Positions 1 through 12,431 of a stretch of DNA of 41,198 nucleotides are shown in pieces. The stretch comes from Klebsormidium nitens (lineage: Eukaryota > Plantae > Klebsormidiophyceae). Location: positions 1 to 41,198 of the forward strand of contig DF237671.1 of assembly GCA_000708835.1 (NCBI GenBank), in the 5' to 3' direction. Each line of letters opens with the position of its first letter. The first letter of the stretch is position 1. The notes beneath the pieces are model-generated. The model was not told the origin of the DNA and made no database searches. It saw only the letters and a list, made by a program, of their open reading frames with translations. The translations under genes and the position numbers were made by a program.

Positions 1-767
1 ATTCCTCGTAAGTCGAGGTCGTCGCCGCCTCCCAGGGGCCGCCGTGCGGTTTGGCACCCGCGCTCCGGCGACCATCGCCAGGTATAGGAGTCCCACGTCT
101 CCAGCTGATGAGCGTGGTGTCCTCAGATTGTTCATCCTTTATCATGGGCGGGCCGCGGGCCCCGGCCGGAGGGCCAGAGCTAGAGCGAGGCGCGATCGGG
201 ACTCGAGTCGAGACTCGCGAAACCTTTGGACTCGGAGTGTCGGTCGGGTGCCTGTTTGGTAATGCTTCTTGCCGGTCATAGCCACGACACAAACACGCTA
301 CTATTGACATCACTGCGCCGCAGACCAGATGGACAATTACATCACTGTGGAGCTTCGGCTGTGTTGACGTGCCGGTTTCTTACGCTGGTAATGGTATATC
401 CGTCTGATTCAATTCCGTACCATCAGGTCGACGAAATTACAAACCCCCGAGTCAAGTGACCACCGTCGCGCGGCCGCTTCACTTCGCCGGCCAGCATGCG
501 TCTCGATCGAGATCAGCATGACATTGATATCATGGATTAAATGACAATGTGAACCAAGCTACAGCTAGGGTGTCTGCATGTCACCTGTCGCTGCCCAATC
601 CGAGCAGCTCAATTGGGGCGGGCGAAATGAACGCTGTTGGTTTTGTCCCATCACGCTAAGCCGTCAAATTGCCTTGTTGAAACAGGCACTCTGAAAAGAG
701 CTGCACACAACACGCTGCATAGATTCCCACTTTGTTGAAGAACAAGCTGCTCTCGTGGAGTTGGACC

Positions 768-3700
768 ATGAACGTGAAGCAAGCCCGTATAATCCTCGGC
801 TTTCGTCAGCTGTTTTGCCACAGGTCAGCTGGTGCAACATCGATTGCTAGTCAGACGAGTGGTGCACGTTACAGGTCAAGCTGCGTCGTGCCATCAAACA
901 TCCAGGACGTGCACAGCACCCTGCACAGCCGGTGTGGTAGTGGGGGGGGCGGGGCTGGCAAGAGGGACTTGATTGGCCGCTTTACTCAACGAACATTTCA
1001 CCTCACACCAACTTGTCAAGTGAGGCGTTCCATGACTAAAGACTGTTGATTGGTGGAAGTTGCCTGGTCTGCGAAATCAGAATTTGAAGCTAGAGTACTC
1101 AGCGAATCTTGCAACCAAGCAGCTGCATTGATGCCAGCCCTGCATGCACTATGCTGACAGCTTCCGCCACCCCTGCTGGAGCGTCCTGGTCAATCACTGG
1201 GGCTGCCCCTTGCTTGCAGATGGCGCTAGACAGTGGGTCCAGCAATTCTGTTCCAAAGCTGAAGGACCCAAGCCTCTTGAAAGACCTTGGCTTGATTGGG
1301 GGCAAATGGGTGGGAGCGCATGATGGCAAAACAATGCCGGTGAGGCTAGTATCTCCAGGAACCTATATTGTTTTGACAAATGATTTAACCAGTGACTGCC
1401 TTGCACCTCGAGACCGGAGTTGAAACTGCTAACCAGGCATGGACGCCTTAGAGTTCTTGCCCCACCAGCCTACTACTCTTGCTGTAATGTTGGCTGTTCT
1501 GTCACCAGCAAGAGAGGGTCAAAATGAAGGGAGCTGGCCAGCTGGTGCTGGTGAAAGCGTCGCTCCCTCCTCATCTGTAGAGGTGGGTGGGTTATCTCCA
1601 AAACCAGTTGTGACCCGTCATGCTGGGCCTTATTTGTGTTCTCAGGTGCACAACCCCGCCACTGGGGAGGTGGTGGCGGAGGTGCCGCTCATGGGCGCCC
1701 AGGAGACCGCCGAGGCTATTGCAGCTGCAGACGAAGCATTCCAGACCTGGAGCAAAACCACCGCCAAGCACCGCAGCCAGCTGCTGAAGAAATGGTGAGC
1801 AGGCCACTTGTTGGAAGGACCAATTTTAGATTCAGAGCACTTGCCGTGAAGACGTGGCGCTCTGGTTTCATTGTGATTTTACAGCTGGGGGTATCTGCCT
1901 AGTCTGGAGGCTCATGAGTGTGATGCTTGGCCAGGTACGACCTGATGCTGGCAAACAAGGAGGACCTGGCGGTGCTCATGACAGTGGAGCAAGGGAAGCC
2001 GCTGGCAGAGGCACGCGGCGAGGTAAGCTGACGGCCACTTTGTCAACAGGAAGGATCATCTTAGCTTGGTGGAGAAAGCAGAGTTCACCGTGCCTGCGAT
2101 GGGTTAGTCTGTTTTCTCCAAGTGGGTCATGCTTTCTCTTGATGCAACATCAGGCCGGAGAGCCAAAAAATCGATGCGGAGTCTGTAATATTTGAGATGC
2201 TGGAATGACGCCCTGTAATCTTCGCAACCTTGCAGATAGAGTACGGTGCTTCGTTTGTGGAGTGGTTTGCAGAGGAAGCAAAGCGCATGTACGGGGATGT
2301 CATCCCTGCCGCACGCCCCGACAACCGCATCCTGGTGCTCAAGCAGCCGGTGGGCGTGATTGCGGGTACGCAGACCGTCCTTGGGACGAACCAACCTTCA
2401 GGCCACCCTAGCCTTCGAACAAACACTTCTTGCTGAATTATGCTCCATCTAGATTATGTTTCACAACTATGTAGAGAGGGGTGCTCCTCGCCCTTTTTTT
2501 CGCCTGAGTATGCGGAGCTTAAATGCTTCACCTTCTACGTGACCCCTCTATTCGAAACGTGTACGTCTGATGATTGAAAGATTTGGTTATCACGTTATCA
2601 AATATCAGTCCTTTCTAAAGACATAAACGGCAGCTCATAGCCGCTCTGCATCGCTTGACCTACGTGAAGAATGCATCTGAAGACTTTCGAGAGCGTTTAA
2701 AGAGTGCCGGCTCCATTGCAATATGTAGCACCGAATTTCCAAACTCCACCTCTGCAGCGATAACACCCTGGAATTTCCCAGTGGCCATGGCGACCAGAAA
2801 GGTAAGTCAGCGTTTGGATTGTATACTTTTGTCATTCTTGACAACAGTGCTGGCTTTTACGGATCAGAGCGTTCAGTCGTCTGCTTGCCTCCGTGGGCTA
2901 CTGATTTTCCTCAGTATGAGGCCGACTTCATTTGCTGCTTGCCCCAGCTCGCCCCCGCTCTAGCGGCTGGCTGCACGGCGGTGCTGAAGCCTGCGGAGCT
3001 GACTCCGCTGTCGGCGACGGCGGTGGCAGAGCTGGCGCTGCGGGCGGGCATCCCGGCGGGGGTGATCAACATCGTCATGGGGGACGCCAAGAGTATCGGG
3101 GAGACGCTGCTCAAGAGCAAAGAGGTGCGCCCATGCCGCCCGTCGTTGCACATTGCGTTGGGTCGAGGCGCTTCAATGTTCCGGGCATGAGCTGGATGGC
3201 ACTGCAGAACCGAAAGCGTCTCCACCGTTTGACACGACGCTGTGCATGTTTGGGCGGCAGGTACGCAAGCTGACGTTCACGGGGTCCACCGCTGTGGGCA
3301 AGCTGCTCATGAAGGGGGCCGCCGACACCGTCAAGAAGGTGAGCGGGCATCGTCAAGGGGGGTCGCTATGGTTACTACCCTCTCAGTCCACTTCACCTGT
3401 ACTTCCTCGACCTATTCAGAGTTGAATGTTGGCTTCTCGATGCCCGTTGCTTGGCCGGACTGGGCAACAAGAATCAAGTCTCATCTTGATTACCCGTCCA
3501 ATCAAAACGCCTTAGGTGTCTTGTTGCTGCGACAGTCTGCCGCCTGCCAGCCCCTCTCGAGTGTTCCGCCCGCGCATGCTGATTCTCCTGGTATGTGGCG
3601 GTGCGTCAGATCTCGCTGGAGCTGGGCGGCAACGCGCCCTTCATCGTGTTCGACGACGCGGACGTGGCGCTCGCCGCCAAGGGCGCTCTGACCACCAAGT

Positions 3701-5468
3701 ACCGCAACATGGGCCAGACCTGCGTATGTGCCAACCGGCTGCTCGTGCAGGAAGGTCAGCCCACGCCCCGCCCAGCTCCACCGCAGCATGGGCCGCATCA
3801 GAGAGCCGCTTCAAGCCGCCGATGGCCGTTTTGAGCCAGCAGAAGGCGTTGCCATGTCGAAGCTCGCACATCGTACTGTAGCTTTCACAGTCCGCTCATG
3901 CAGTCTGCCCCCGCTCGTGTGCGTCCTGCTGGTGCCTGCCGCTCACCCCCGCGTGCATGCAGGCGTGTACGACGAGTTCGCTGCCGCGTTCGCCGCGGAG
4001 GTGGCGGCGCTGCGGGTGGGCAACGGGCTGGAGGCGGGCGTGACGCAGGGCCCGCTCATCGACGAGCGCGCGGTGCAGAAGATCGAGGGCCACGTGGAGG
4101 AGGCGCTGGCCAAAGGCGCGCGGCTGGCCGCGGGGGGCAAGCGGCACGCGGCGGGGCCGCTCTTCTACGAGCCGACCATCCTGCTGGACGCCACGCCCGA
4201 CATGCTCGCCACCAGGTGCGCGCACTGCGCGGCCGGGCCGCAGCCGCGCCAAGGCCGGGGACAGGCCGGGCTGCAGGGCTTTTGAGAATGTTAATTCCTC
4301 ATGACCTTCCAACCGGTTTGAGAACTTTCATTGTCCCTTTCCGCAGAGGTTCAAGGACGTCGTAGGCACTGCAGCTTGTCGAGAACGGCTCACCTTGGTC
4401 TCAGGGATGCCACTCTGTGCTCCCGTGTTGCTGCAGGGAGGAAAACTTTGGGCCGGTGGCGCCCATCATGAAGTTCAAAACAGAGGAGGAGGCAATCCGG
4501 ATAGCAAATGACACTGAGTACGGTGAGCACCCGCATATTGCACTGAGCCCTCAAACGGCGGCGTTCTCTTCCGACCTCGTCAATCACCGTGTCGGGGTCG
4601 GCACATTACTGCCCAAAGTCTCGTCATCTTTTTTTCGCATTTGGTAGTGCGTCTCAGCAAGTGGATGGGGCTGTCTTCACTGTCCGGACTGGCGAGGTCT
4701 CAACCCCGGCGACTGCTCGTCTGTCACAGCCTCCATCTCGTATTGTCTCGTCTTACTTTTTCGTTACTAGATATGCCCCGCTCCTCTGCCGACTCTGTTT
4801 CCGCTGTTCTGCTCGCGCAGGCCTGGCGGCCTACTTCTACACGGGCAGCCTGACGCGCGGTTGGCGCGTGGCGGAGGCGCTGCAGTACGGCATGGTGGGC
4901 CTCAACGAGAGCAACATCTCCACGGAGGCCGCGCCCTTCGGCGGCATCAAGCAGTCGGGCCTCGGCCGGGAGGGCTCCAAGTACGGCATCGACGAGTACC
5001 TCGAGGTGAGCCACGCCGCGGCAGGGGCACTAAAGAAACACTGGGGGCCGCCCTCAACCGTGTGCCAGCTCTGACGGCTGGCAGAACCCGCCGGCGCTGC
5101 ATGGCCGGGGGCTGTCACAGGGGCTGGCTCGTCCGTCGACCCCCGGTGCCGCATTGTGGCCTTGAAAAGGACGCCTTCCGAACCGAGTCTTTCTTAGTGT
5201 CGTCCTCGGTCGCACTTCTGCTCTGCACCGTTCATCGTGGCTTAATCTATTGAGGACCCCTGCGAGGGTCTCACGAAACGACAGGGTGCCAGCAGACCGG
5301 CCTTGTGAACAGAGGAGGGAGGTCAGCAAAGAGCGCTTGTTAGTTACGGTACCCGCCAAGATGATTGTTGACCAAGCAGACGTGGCCGCGAGGCCCGCGC
5401 AGTCGTCTTCAACGTGGCGTGTGTCCCTGCAGATGAAGTACGTGATGCTGGGCAACATCAGGACGTGA
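768..5468 (+). CDS. SSADH: Succinate-semialdehyde dehydrogenase (ALDH5 family), probably mitochondrial; 13 exons, ~580 aa
   Basis: Exons 768-1019, 1220-1339, 1646-1794, 1935-2022, 2236-2365, 2758-2801, 2948-3124, 3261-3338, 3610-3754, 3963-4215, 4437-4522, 4821-5005, 5433-5468. All introns are GT-AG and the total is 1743 nt in frame. Motifs: [59 protein letters not shown] (catalytic Cys), [15 protein letters not shown]. Exon 1 is an Arg/Ser-rich presequence-like segment and is the least certain exon. Confidence 0.95.
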
Positions 5469-6788
5469 GGACAGATCGGGTCTGCACGAGAAACACGAGG
5501 AGGCAACAGCCCGTTGGTGCGGACAGCGGGAATCGTATGCCGTGGAGGCTGCTCAATGAAAGCTGGTGCACGCAAAGGACGACGGTTCCGAGGTCGATCC
5601 GCCAGGACGGACACAAACGACCGTTGTGGACAGCGTGTTGCGATGAGCAATCTGCACAGACGCAGAAGGATCACAAGGGTGCAGTGTGCATGTACAGGGC
5701 AATGAGGCCCCTGTCCATGTCGATGATGGTAAGTACACATTGGTTCCCAGATCTGCTTACAGAAGCTCATGAGCATCACGATAGCTTCTCTGAGACAACC
5801 CCTTGCTCGCTAGCAGCATGTTGATGCTGACTCGTAAGAAATGACGTTGGCTGGATGCTGCCATGTGAAACTTCGGAATCAGAATTATCAGAGTGTTATG
5901 TAGCTGTGTCATGCTGCGCACGCATGATGCACATGCTGGCCGGTATATACGATTCCTATTATATATCTACTGAGTCCGGCATGGCCTCGTATAACAGCCT
6001 AGGAGGCTTGCTATCGTTGCAGCCACATGCACGCATAATTCATGCATCGGGTAGCGGTGTCGATGTCCACCAATATCATGTATAGTTCAGCTGTGTATAT
6101 ACACATAAACATGCCAACTGAAGTTTAGTACACCTTGCGCTGCATATGCTAATATCTAAGTTTCCGTCCAGTACAAGTAAAGCTCCACTCGATTGGTCGA
6201 AGTGAATGTATCTCAAGAAAATGTAAAATTCGGCACAGCTTTCCCTTCATGAATAGAAGTAGTCTGTGTATCAGTGTAGACATATTCAGAGCGCAGTAAA
6301 AAAACAGTCAGCAACATTGTGAACCGAATAAGTAGTGCTTGAAAATCGATAAAGAGGAAGTTCCCAAATCCACAACATAGATTTCAATGGTCATGAGCTT
6401 CTACAAGACTACAATAGGAACTGTAACAACACATACCAGGCTGGTAACTTCCAGAAAATCCATAAGGTCTGGACTTGATTTATAATTGTTATACAAGGCA
6501 ACACTAAACCTGACAAGCATAGAAGAGCAGGAGTCATTCAACCAGGAGCTAGGGATAATTATGATGTGCAAGTCTACTTTTCTGCTCGATAATGATTCTG
6601 ATTCTAATGATATCGGGAGACGAAAGTACGTGCTTTCTTGCTCGAGAGTAATCTAGCGACGACGGTAGGAAAGTGCGTACATCTACAAGGCATGGTCCAT
6701 GTGCCTGTGTGAAATTTGTCGGGGCTTCTGTACACTGTTGAAGGCAACATACTTCCTACGAAATTCTCTGGCGTCATATCACTGAATC

Positions 6789-8848
6789 TTACTTGCTCGT
6801 CGCAACATCAATAGATGGGGGCTGATAGACCCGAGTCTCCAAAAGCGGGTTCTGGATGAACCCCTCTTCCATCCCAGAGCCGTCCTCGTGCTCAGTTGTG
6901 GTCAACAGGGGCGTAGCGATGGTGTTGGGAGATGACAGAATAATGGCTGGTACTTCTTCGTCTTCCACAGGGCACTGGCAGAGCGCCATGAGGCAGGAGA
7001 AGACCAGCGAGCACTGCAGAATATGGGAGAAGATGCCCTCAGAAGGAGCCGTGGCAGAGCACAGGACTAGGGACTAGAAGGCCCAGCAGGAAAACCATTG
7101 CCCTGGCAATGGGAGCAATAACAGCATACTAGTGCTCTTTATGACTGGAATCCAAGGATCTGCAAACGACCTGAATTCAGGGTGATGCAAAACTTCAAGG
7201 GCAGCCAATGCCTGCACTAGCCAAGAAAGAAGCACCAGCAAAACTGTTTCCACAGCAATGTGAACCTGATAATGAAGATGCCTATGATGTTGCAATGTTG
7301 CAAGTCCCTTGAGCAGAGTAATACTTTGCAGTTTTACCAAGTTTCTAGCGAGTTTCGTTATAAGAACATTAAAAGCATACCAGTAGAGCAACGGCGATCC
7401 CAATAGCCACGCAGCCAAAGAAGGACGACGCGGCGGCTTCATGTGCGCGATGGAAGACGGCAAAAGGTTCGATCACTGCAATTGAGCAAAAAAGCAAGTG
7501 AGGTCAGCAGTGCATATCGTCAAACCAAAGAAAAGATGAGCAGATTCTAATGCATCTCGAGCTTTTTCATCAAAGGGGGCGCGAGCAGGCGGGCCTGTTG
7601 TAAGCTTGCACTCTTCAAACGGTTTGGCAAATAGAGGGGCAAACGTGCTCGGCTTTATCTGCACTTGACTTTCTGTTTGAGACACAATCGTCCAATTCCG
7701 AGCTTACCTTCATTGGAAGCCTTCTGGCGTTGCACCGCAGCCAACTCCGGCTCTTCTCTGAATGTCTTCAACTTGTCCGCCAGACTGGACCTGAGGGTGT
7801 CCCAAAGGGACATGACGTGGGACTGCACCGACTGGCTCTCTTGAGCTGCATCTGCTGCCGCCCTTGCTTTGGCTTGTGCCTGCTGCTGAGCCTCCCGCCA
7901 CTGCAGCTCTTCCCGAAGCCTTGAAATGGCAGCCCTTCGAAGCTCAGAATGGATTCTTTCAATATCTAGAATGCGACTCTGAAGATGAACAGTGCTCAGC
8001 AGCTCCATAACCCTGCCAAAATGGTCATCCTGTTCGCTGTCCATCCAGCTGTCCGTCCCCAGAACCAGTCTAGGGGTCTCGTCATTGCCCCACGACCGCT
8101 CAAAGTTGCCCCCCTGCAAGAACACGTTGAACAGATCCCCTGGTGCACCCACGACTATCTCCACCTGCCCAGCTGGCTGCAGAGCATGAACGCCTCCACC
8201 CCGCAGGCCCCGCACCTGCCATGCAACCGGATTAACTAAAATTAAACCTGGATACAGGGCTTTTCATAATGTAGATGTCACAATTCACTGATGCTTGGAA
8301 CAGTTCTGTTAATCCTCCTGAAATAGAATAGTTGCAAACCTGAGTTGCAACTCCGACAAGTCAGTAACATCGATTGCTGGAGCCCATGAACTTGTAAGAA
8401 ACATCCTTTGACAGGACACGATCAGTTGACTTTGAATTACTACCACATCAACAGGGGTAGGGGCTGGGCATAGGGAAATGACAAAATGCAAGGAACCCTT
8501 TGACACTGAGATGACCTTACCAACGTCAAGGGACCAAACGGGACTTCATCAGAGTTGAAGTGATGGACATACTGGCCACATCCCCGCTGCAAAGGAGAGG
8601 AAGACAATATAAAGCAGACTCATGTGATACCTACTGTTGTACTGCAGTCACTAGAGGCACAAAGGGCGGTATCTTGAGCATAGAAAAAATTGACCAGCAC
8701 GTGACAACTTGTTCCACACTTGAAGTTCAAACGGAGCAACAAATCGTCTCTCCACACTTACCCCCTCACTCTCTGCGGATGCCTTCAAAGCACATGTGAC
8801 GAACATTACAATCAAAAAGGCCGCCCAGCGGGGTCGAATGTTAGCCAT
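6789..8848 (-). CDS. Hypothetical membrane protein with N-terminal signal peptide, ~344 aa
   Basis: Phase-compatible exons 8848-8762, 8586-8521, 8215-7708, 7475-7381, 7265-~7212 (donor uncertain), 7013-6789. Starts MANIRPRWAAFLIVMFVTCALKASA. It has an Ala/Gln/Arg-rich helical segment (ISRLREELQWREAQQQAQAKARAAADAAQ), hydrophobic segments (FFGCVAIGIAVALL / VETVLLVLLSWLVQ) and an acidic tail. No family recognised. Confidence 0.5.
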
Positions 8849-9598
8849 GGCGCTGTCTTGGTCGGAAGAAGGCCTTCCACTGCCAGGGAAGAACGTTGCT
8901 CTCGCGCGTCAGCACTGGTGCCAGGTCCGGAACAGCTTCTCAAACTGAAAACTCCGGTAAATTTTAAAACTTAAAAGTGTCGGAAGGGGGAGTTGGAACT
9001 TTCTTGAAGTTTGCAGAGGTTGTGGCCGGTTGATGTCATTGTAGTATGTAAATACGTTTTTGTGGTCGTGTCTTCTCATCTGCAGCCGCGGCGCGATCCC
9101 GATTGACTGCATATACGTTTCCAGATTGGAGCTGTACCAGAAAAATAGGTAAGCCAGTTCACACTTGAAATGAGGCATCGCACGACCTATTAAATTTAGG
9201 TATATCGTCGAGGAAGTTCAACTTCGGCATTGCCTTCTGTGCAGCGGGCGCCTTCATGCAACAGCAGGACATGTCCTGATCGCGTAGTCCTAGAGTCTAG
9301 CCGTATAGGGAGCCGCCCAGCTGCTGGTCCGGCGGCCACTTTCTATCCTCTCCTCTTTAACCGGGCTTTAACCGCACAACCCGTTGCGTGAGACTTTTCT
9401 GTTTTGACCAGTTGGCCGCGAGCTGGTTGAGGATGCTCTTCTCTTTGTAACCTTGATCATCGATGCATGCTACTTACATGGCCAAAAATCGCAATCAAGC
9501 GGAGGACTGAGACGTCATTCAGGAATAAGCTGGCCGCAAAGCTGGGGTGTGCAAGCAGCCAGTCGCTGATCAGCGACTCTCCTCGTTGGGGAGCAGGA

Positions 9599-11310
9599 AT
9601 GTCGTATCCTATCAAAGTATATCACAAAACAAGGCAGCATTTGGCGACTGTCACCGATGATACGACTTTCGGTGAGTAGAACTTCACAGCATTGGTTCTT
9701 GTCTAGATGAAAGTGGTGCCGGGGTAAGAGCTGCCATCCTGGCCTGTTGTGGTCATCATGGTTCTTCCGGCATTGAACACCTGACACTGTGACTTCTACA
9801 AATCCCCATAAGTTGGGTGGTGCTTAGATGCTGGCAAGAGCGCACTGCAACCTCTTTCTGGTCTATCCTTTTCAGTGCACTTAGCTGTCCTGGGGCCTGT
9901 TGGCGTGCAGCTCCTCTCCTTATCAAAGATGACCACCGTACGCAGAGATTTGTGCACGAGTTACAATACCCTGTTGATCAGTCGTGCTACTTGGAGAAGT
10001 GTTATGGACTTGACAAGAAGCTCCCTATATACTGACCCTTGAGAATTGTTGTCTGCCCCAGGAGAATTGAAGGGCGCTATGGCCCAAGTCTCAGGAGTTC
10101 AACCTGATGAAATGAAGTTATACTTTAGAGGGAAACATTTCGACGGCGAGACCATGGCTGAAGCAGGCGTCAAGCCGGGTGCCAAGGTCTTGCTTGTGGA
10201 GTGCGAGAACTTCCGGCAGCGGCGGGCAAGTGAACTGGAGGCAGAACAGGAGCAGGCTTACCAAAGAGCAGCCACAACGGGGAAGCAGCAGAGCCTCGCA
10301 CAGGAGGAAGCACAGAGGAGGGCACTGGCGCTGGAGGCAGAGCGCGTCGAGCGAGAGGCAAAACAGGATGAGGTTCGCAGGGGCTTACAAGCAGTAGCGG
10401 AAGTGGAAAGAGAGGTGGACCCTTTAGCACGCGAGGTATGCTGACCGCCCTATCGTGTTCGATTCTATCAAGAGGTTGTGCATACATCTGTCCTGGCTTC
10501 CTGAAACTCGTTTCCCCCATCATCTGCCCCTTCTTCCAGGTTTCTGCTCGGCCTTGTTGGGGCGGAGAGTTCCAAGCATCGCACTCCGGCGCCTGGCTTG
10601 TCTGTTGGAGACTGTGCCTCCTGTGGCGTTAGCATCATATCAGTAGGCTATGGAATATTATCTTTTGCAGGTGGATGAGATGGTGGTCTATAATTATCTC
10701 TTGCAGGTGGATGAGATGGTGGCGTCGACAAGTGGCGGAAACGTACCTGACGAGCAGCGCTCTCGGATTTTGAACGAGCTTTTCACTCAGAAACTCTTGA
10801 AGCTGGACTCAATACAGGGGGGTGACGAAGTCCGGAAGAATCGAAAAGCTCAGGTAGGCAGTCCAGATGCGTGATGATTATGACTGCATCGGTGCCCAGT
10901 GCAGGCTTTTAAATTCGTATTTTGGTAATCCGGAAGGGGAGATATGGAGGACATTCAGTTGCCCTGCGTGTCGCCATGCTTGATGATATTCTTTTCTAGA
11001 ACAATGGATGTTAAAAGACTTGAGGGAATTGTTGTGTCTGAATTGGTATCCTCAAAATAATTGACCTCTGAAGCTCACAACCCGCCTGTTAGATTGGCTC
11101 GTTACTGTGGCATCTGTCACGCAGATTGTTTCCTCATGCATGTGGAACTTCGTCAACTTAGGTTGACTGTACGCGGCTTCTTGTGCGCAGATCAGCCGCA
11201 TCGAAGACCTATCAAAGCAGCTCGACAATTATGGTAAGGGGTCCGATTCTGGCAACAGCAGAGCTGTTACAGTCGTCGACAATCGAAGTGCCTTACAGAA
11301 AGCAGAGTAA
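9599..11310 (+). CDS. BAG-family Hsp70 co-chaperone (ubiquitin-like domain, coiled coil, BAG domain), ~237 aa
   Basis: Exons 9599-9671, 10062-10435, 10707-10853 (alternative acceptor at 10671), 11191-11310; 714 nt in frame. UBL-like segment: FGELKGAMAQVSGVQPDEMKLYFRGK...AGVKPGAKVLLV. BAG signature: LNELFTQKLLKLDSIQGGDEVRKNRKAQISRIEDL. Confidence 0.85.
10651..10722 (+). repeat. 36-nt tandem duplication spanning a splice acceptor and exon start
   Basis: attatcttttgcaggtggatgagatggtgg is followed 36 nt later by attatctcttgcaggtggatgagatggtgg; the exon-start copies are at 10671 and 10707. Confidence 0.9.
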
Positions 11311-11793
11311 AGTCTGATAAGCCCTACGTTTCCTGCTTGTAGATGAAGCGCAGGAGTCAAATTCTTGTAGCGCGGTCTTTGTACCATACACATTGTATGT
11401 GGAAAAGCAAAGAGGTAGAAACACCTTTCGCATTTCAGGAGCACGCTTCTCTGTAGGACACAAAACATTTAGGACAATATTAACACAGTATAAGTACGTT
11501 CTGGTGAGATAGAGCGGCAGGTTGCGTCTCAGAGCTGTGGAAATGATTGCTCAACTCAGCAACACATTCACAGGCAATCCGGTTCAAGGAAGGGCAAGCT
11601 CGGGTAGGTTTCATGTGCTATTTTAACGGCAAAGCATTGTTGAGTCTGGTTCTAGAAGCAGAGCAACACTCCGCAAGGATGATATCATTGCATGCAACAT
11701 TAAGCGATTACAATCGTAACCAAATCAGTCTTATGGGTTGCTGACGCCTGTGCTTCACGAGATCATTATCTATGAGGAATTACAGATACAATT

Positions 11794-12190
11794 AGGCATC
11801 CGACTTTATTTCCGGTTTCCTGTCCACCCCCTCCGGGGGTGCGTCGGTCGGTCTGAACATTCTGTTAAATATTCGATCCCTGGAAAATCCGGTAAGGGTT
11901 ATTCTGCCAGATGAGCAGCGTTACCGGACCAATATGCCTCCCATAAGGGCTTTTCCGGTTTGTACCACACGTTTTTGCTTTTATTTGCATCAAGGGTCAT
12001 TTGAGTTGGACAGAGGTATGAGGTACCAACCTTTTCGTGTCTCAAACGTGGACCAGACGTCACGTTTTTGCACGAAGATAGCCATTTTAGACATCCAGAT
12101 TGTCTAAATATTTCATCACCCGACTCGGTTATTTCTGCAGAATTCGGGTCGGTCGGTTACAGGAAACCGGCAATCAAATTCGGACGGCCT
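11794..12190. mobile_element. Putative degenerate MITE-like element (~400 bp) with imperfect ~30-bp terminal inverted repeats
   Basis: Left arm aggcatccgactttatttccggtttcctgt (11794-11823). The reverse complement of the right arm (12159-12190) is aggccgtccgaatttgattgccggtttcctgt. The core ccggtttcctgt matches exactly. No convincing TSD. Confidence 0.45.
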
Positions 12191-12431
12191 TACCACTAGA
12201 TACTTTAAGCATGCATGAAAACAGCATGCAGCCGCGACCGTATATTCTGCATGACTCCAACTACATTGCGCGAACATGCCCCTGGCAGAAGCTGCCATTG
12301 CAGATATGGTATTAAGCTGCACGCAAAATCAGGTCAGATCGATGTTTTAATAAATGCGCTAGGCGGCGCAGCATTACGCCAACATTTAGAGCAGACTCGC
12401 TTTACAATTGTCTTCATCAACCAGCACATGC

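Noticed and set aside
1-143. Two minus-strand frames with ATGs open off the left edge
   Set aside because: They could be a divergent gene start, but they are too short, with no splice or homology evidence.
5830-6780. AT-rich tract with short open frames, possibly a decayed element
   Set aside because: No recognisable domain, terminal repeat or consistent frame.
8309-8506. 65-aa minus ORF as an exon of the membrane-protein gene
   Set aside because: Its open frame is phase-incompatible with the upstream donor at 8520, so I treated it as intron.
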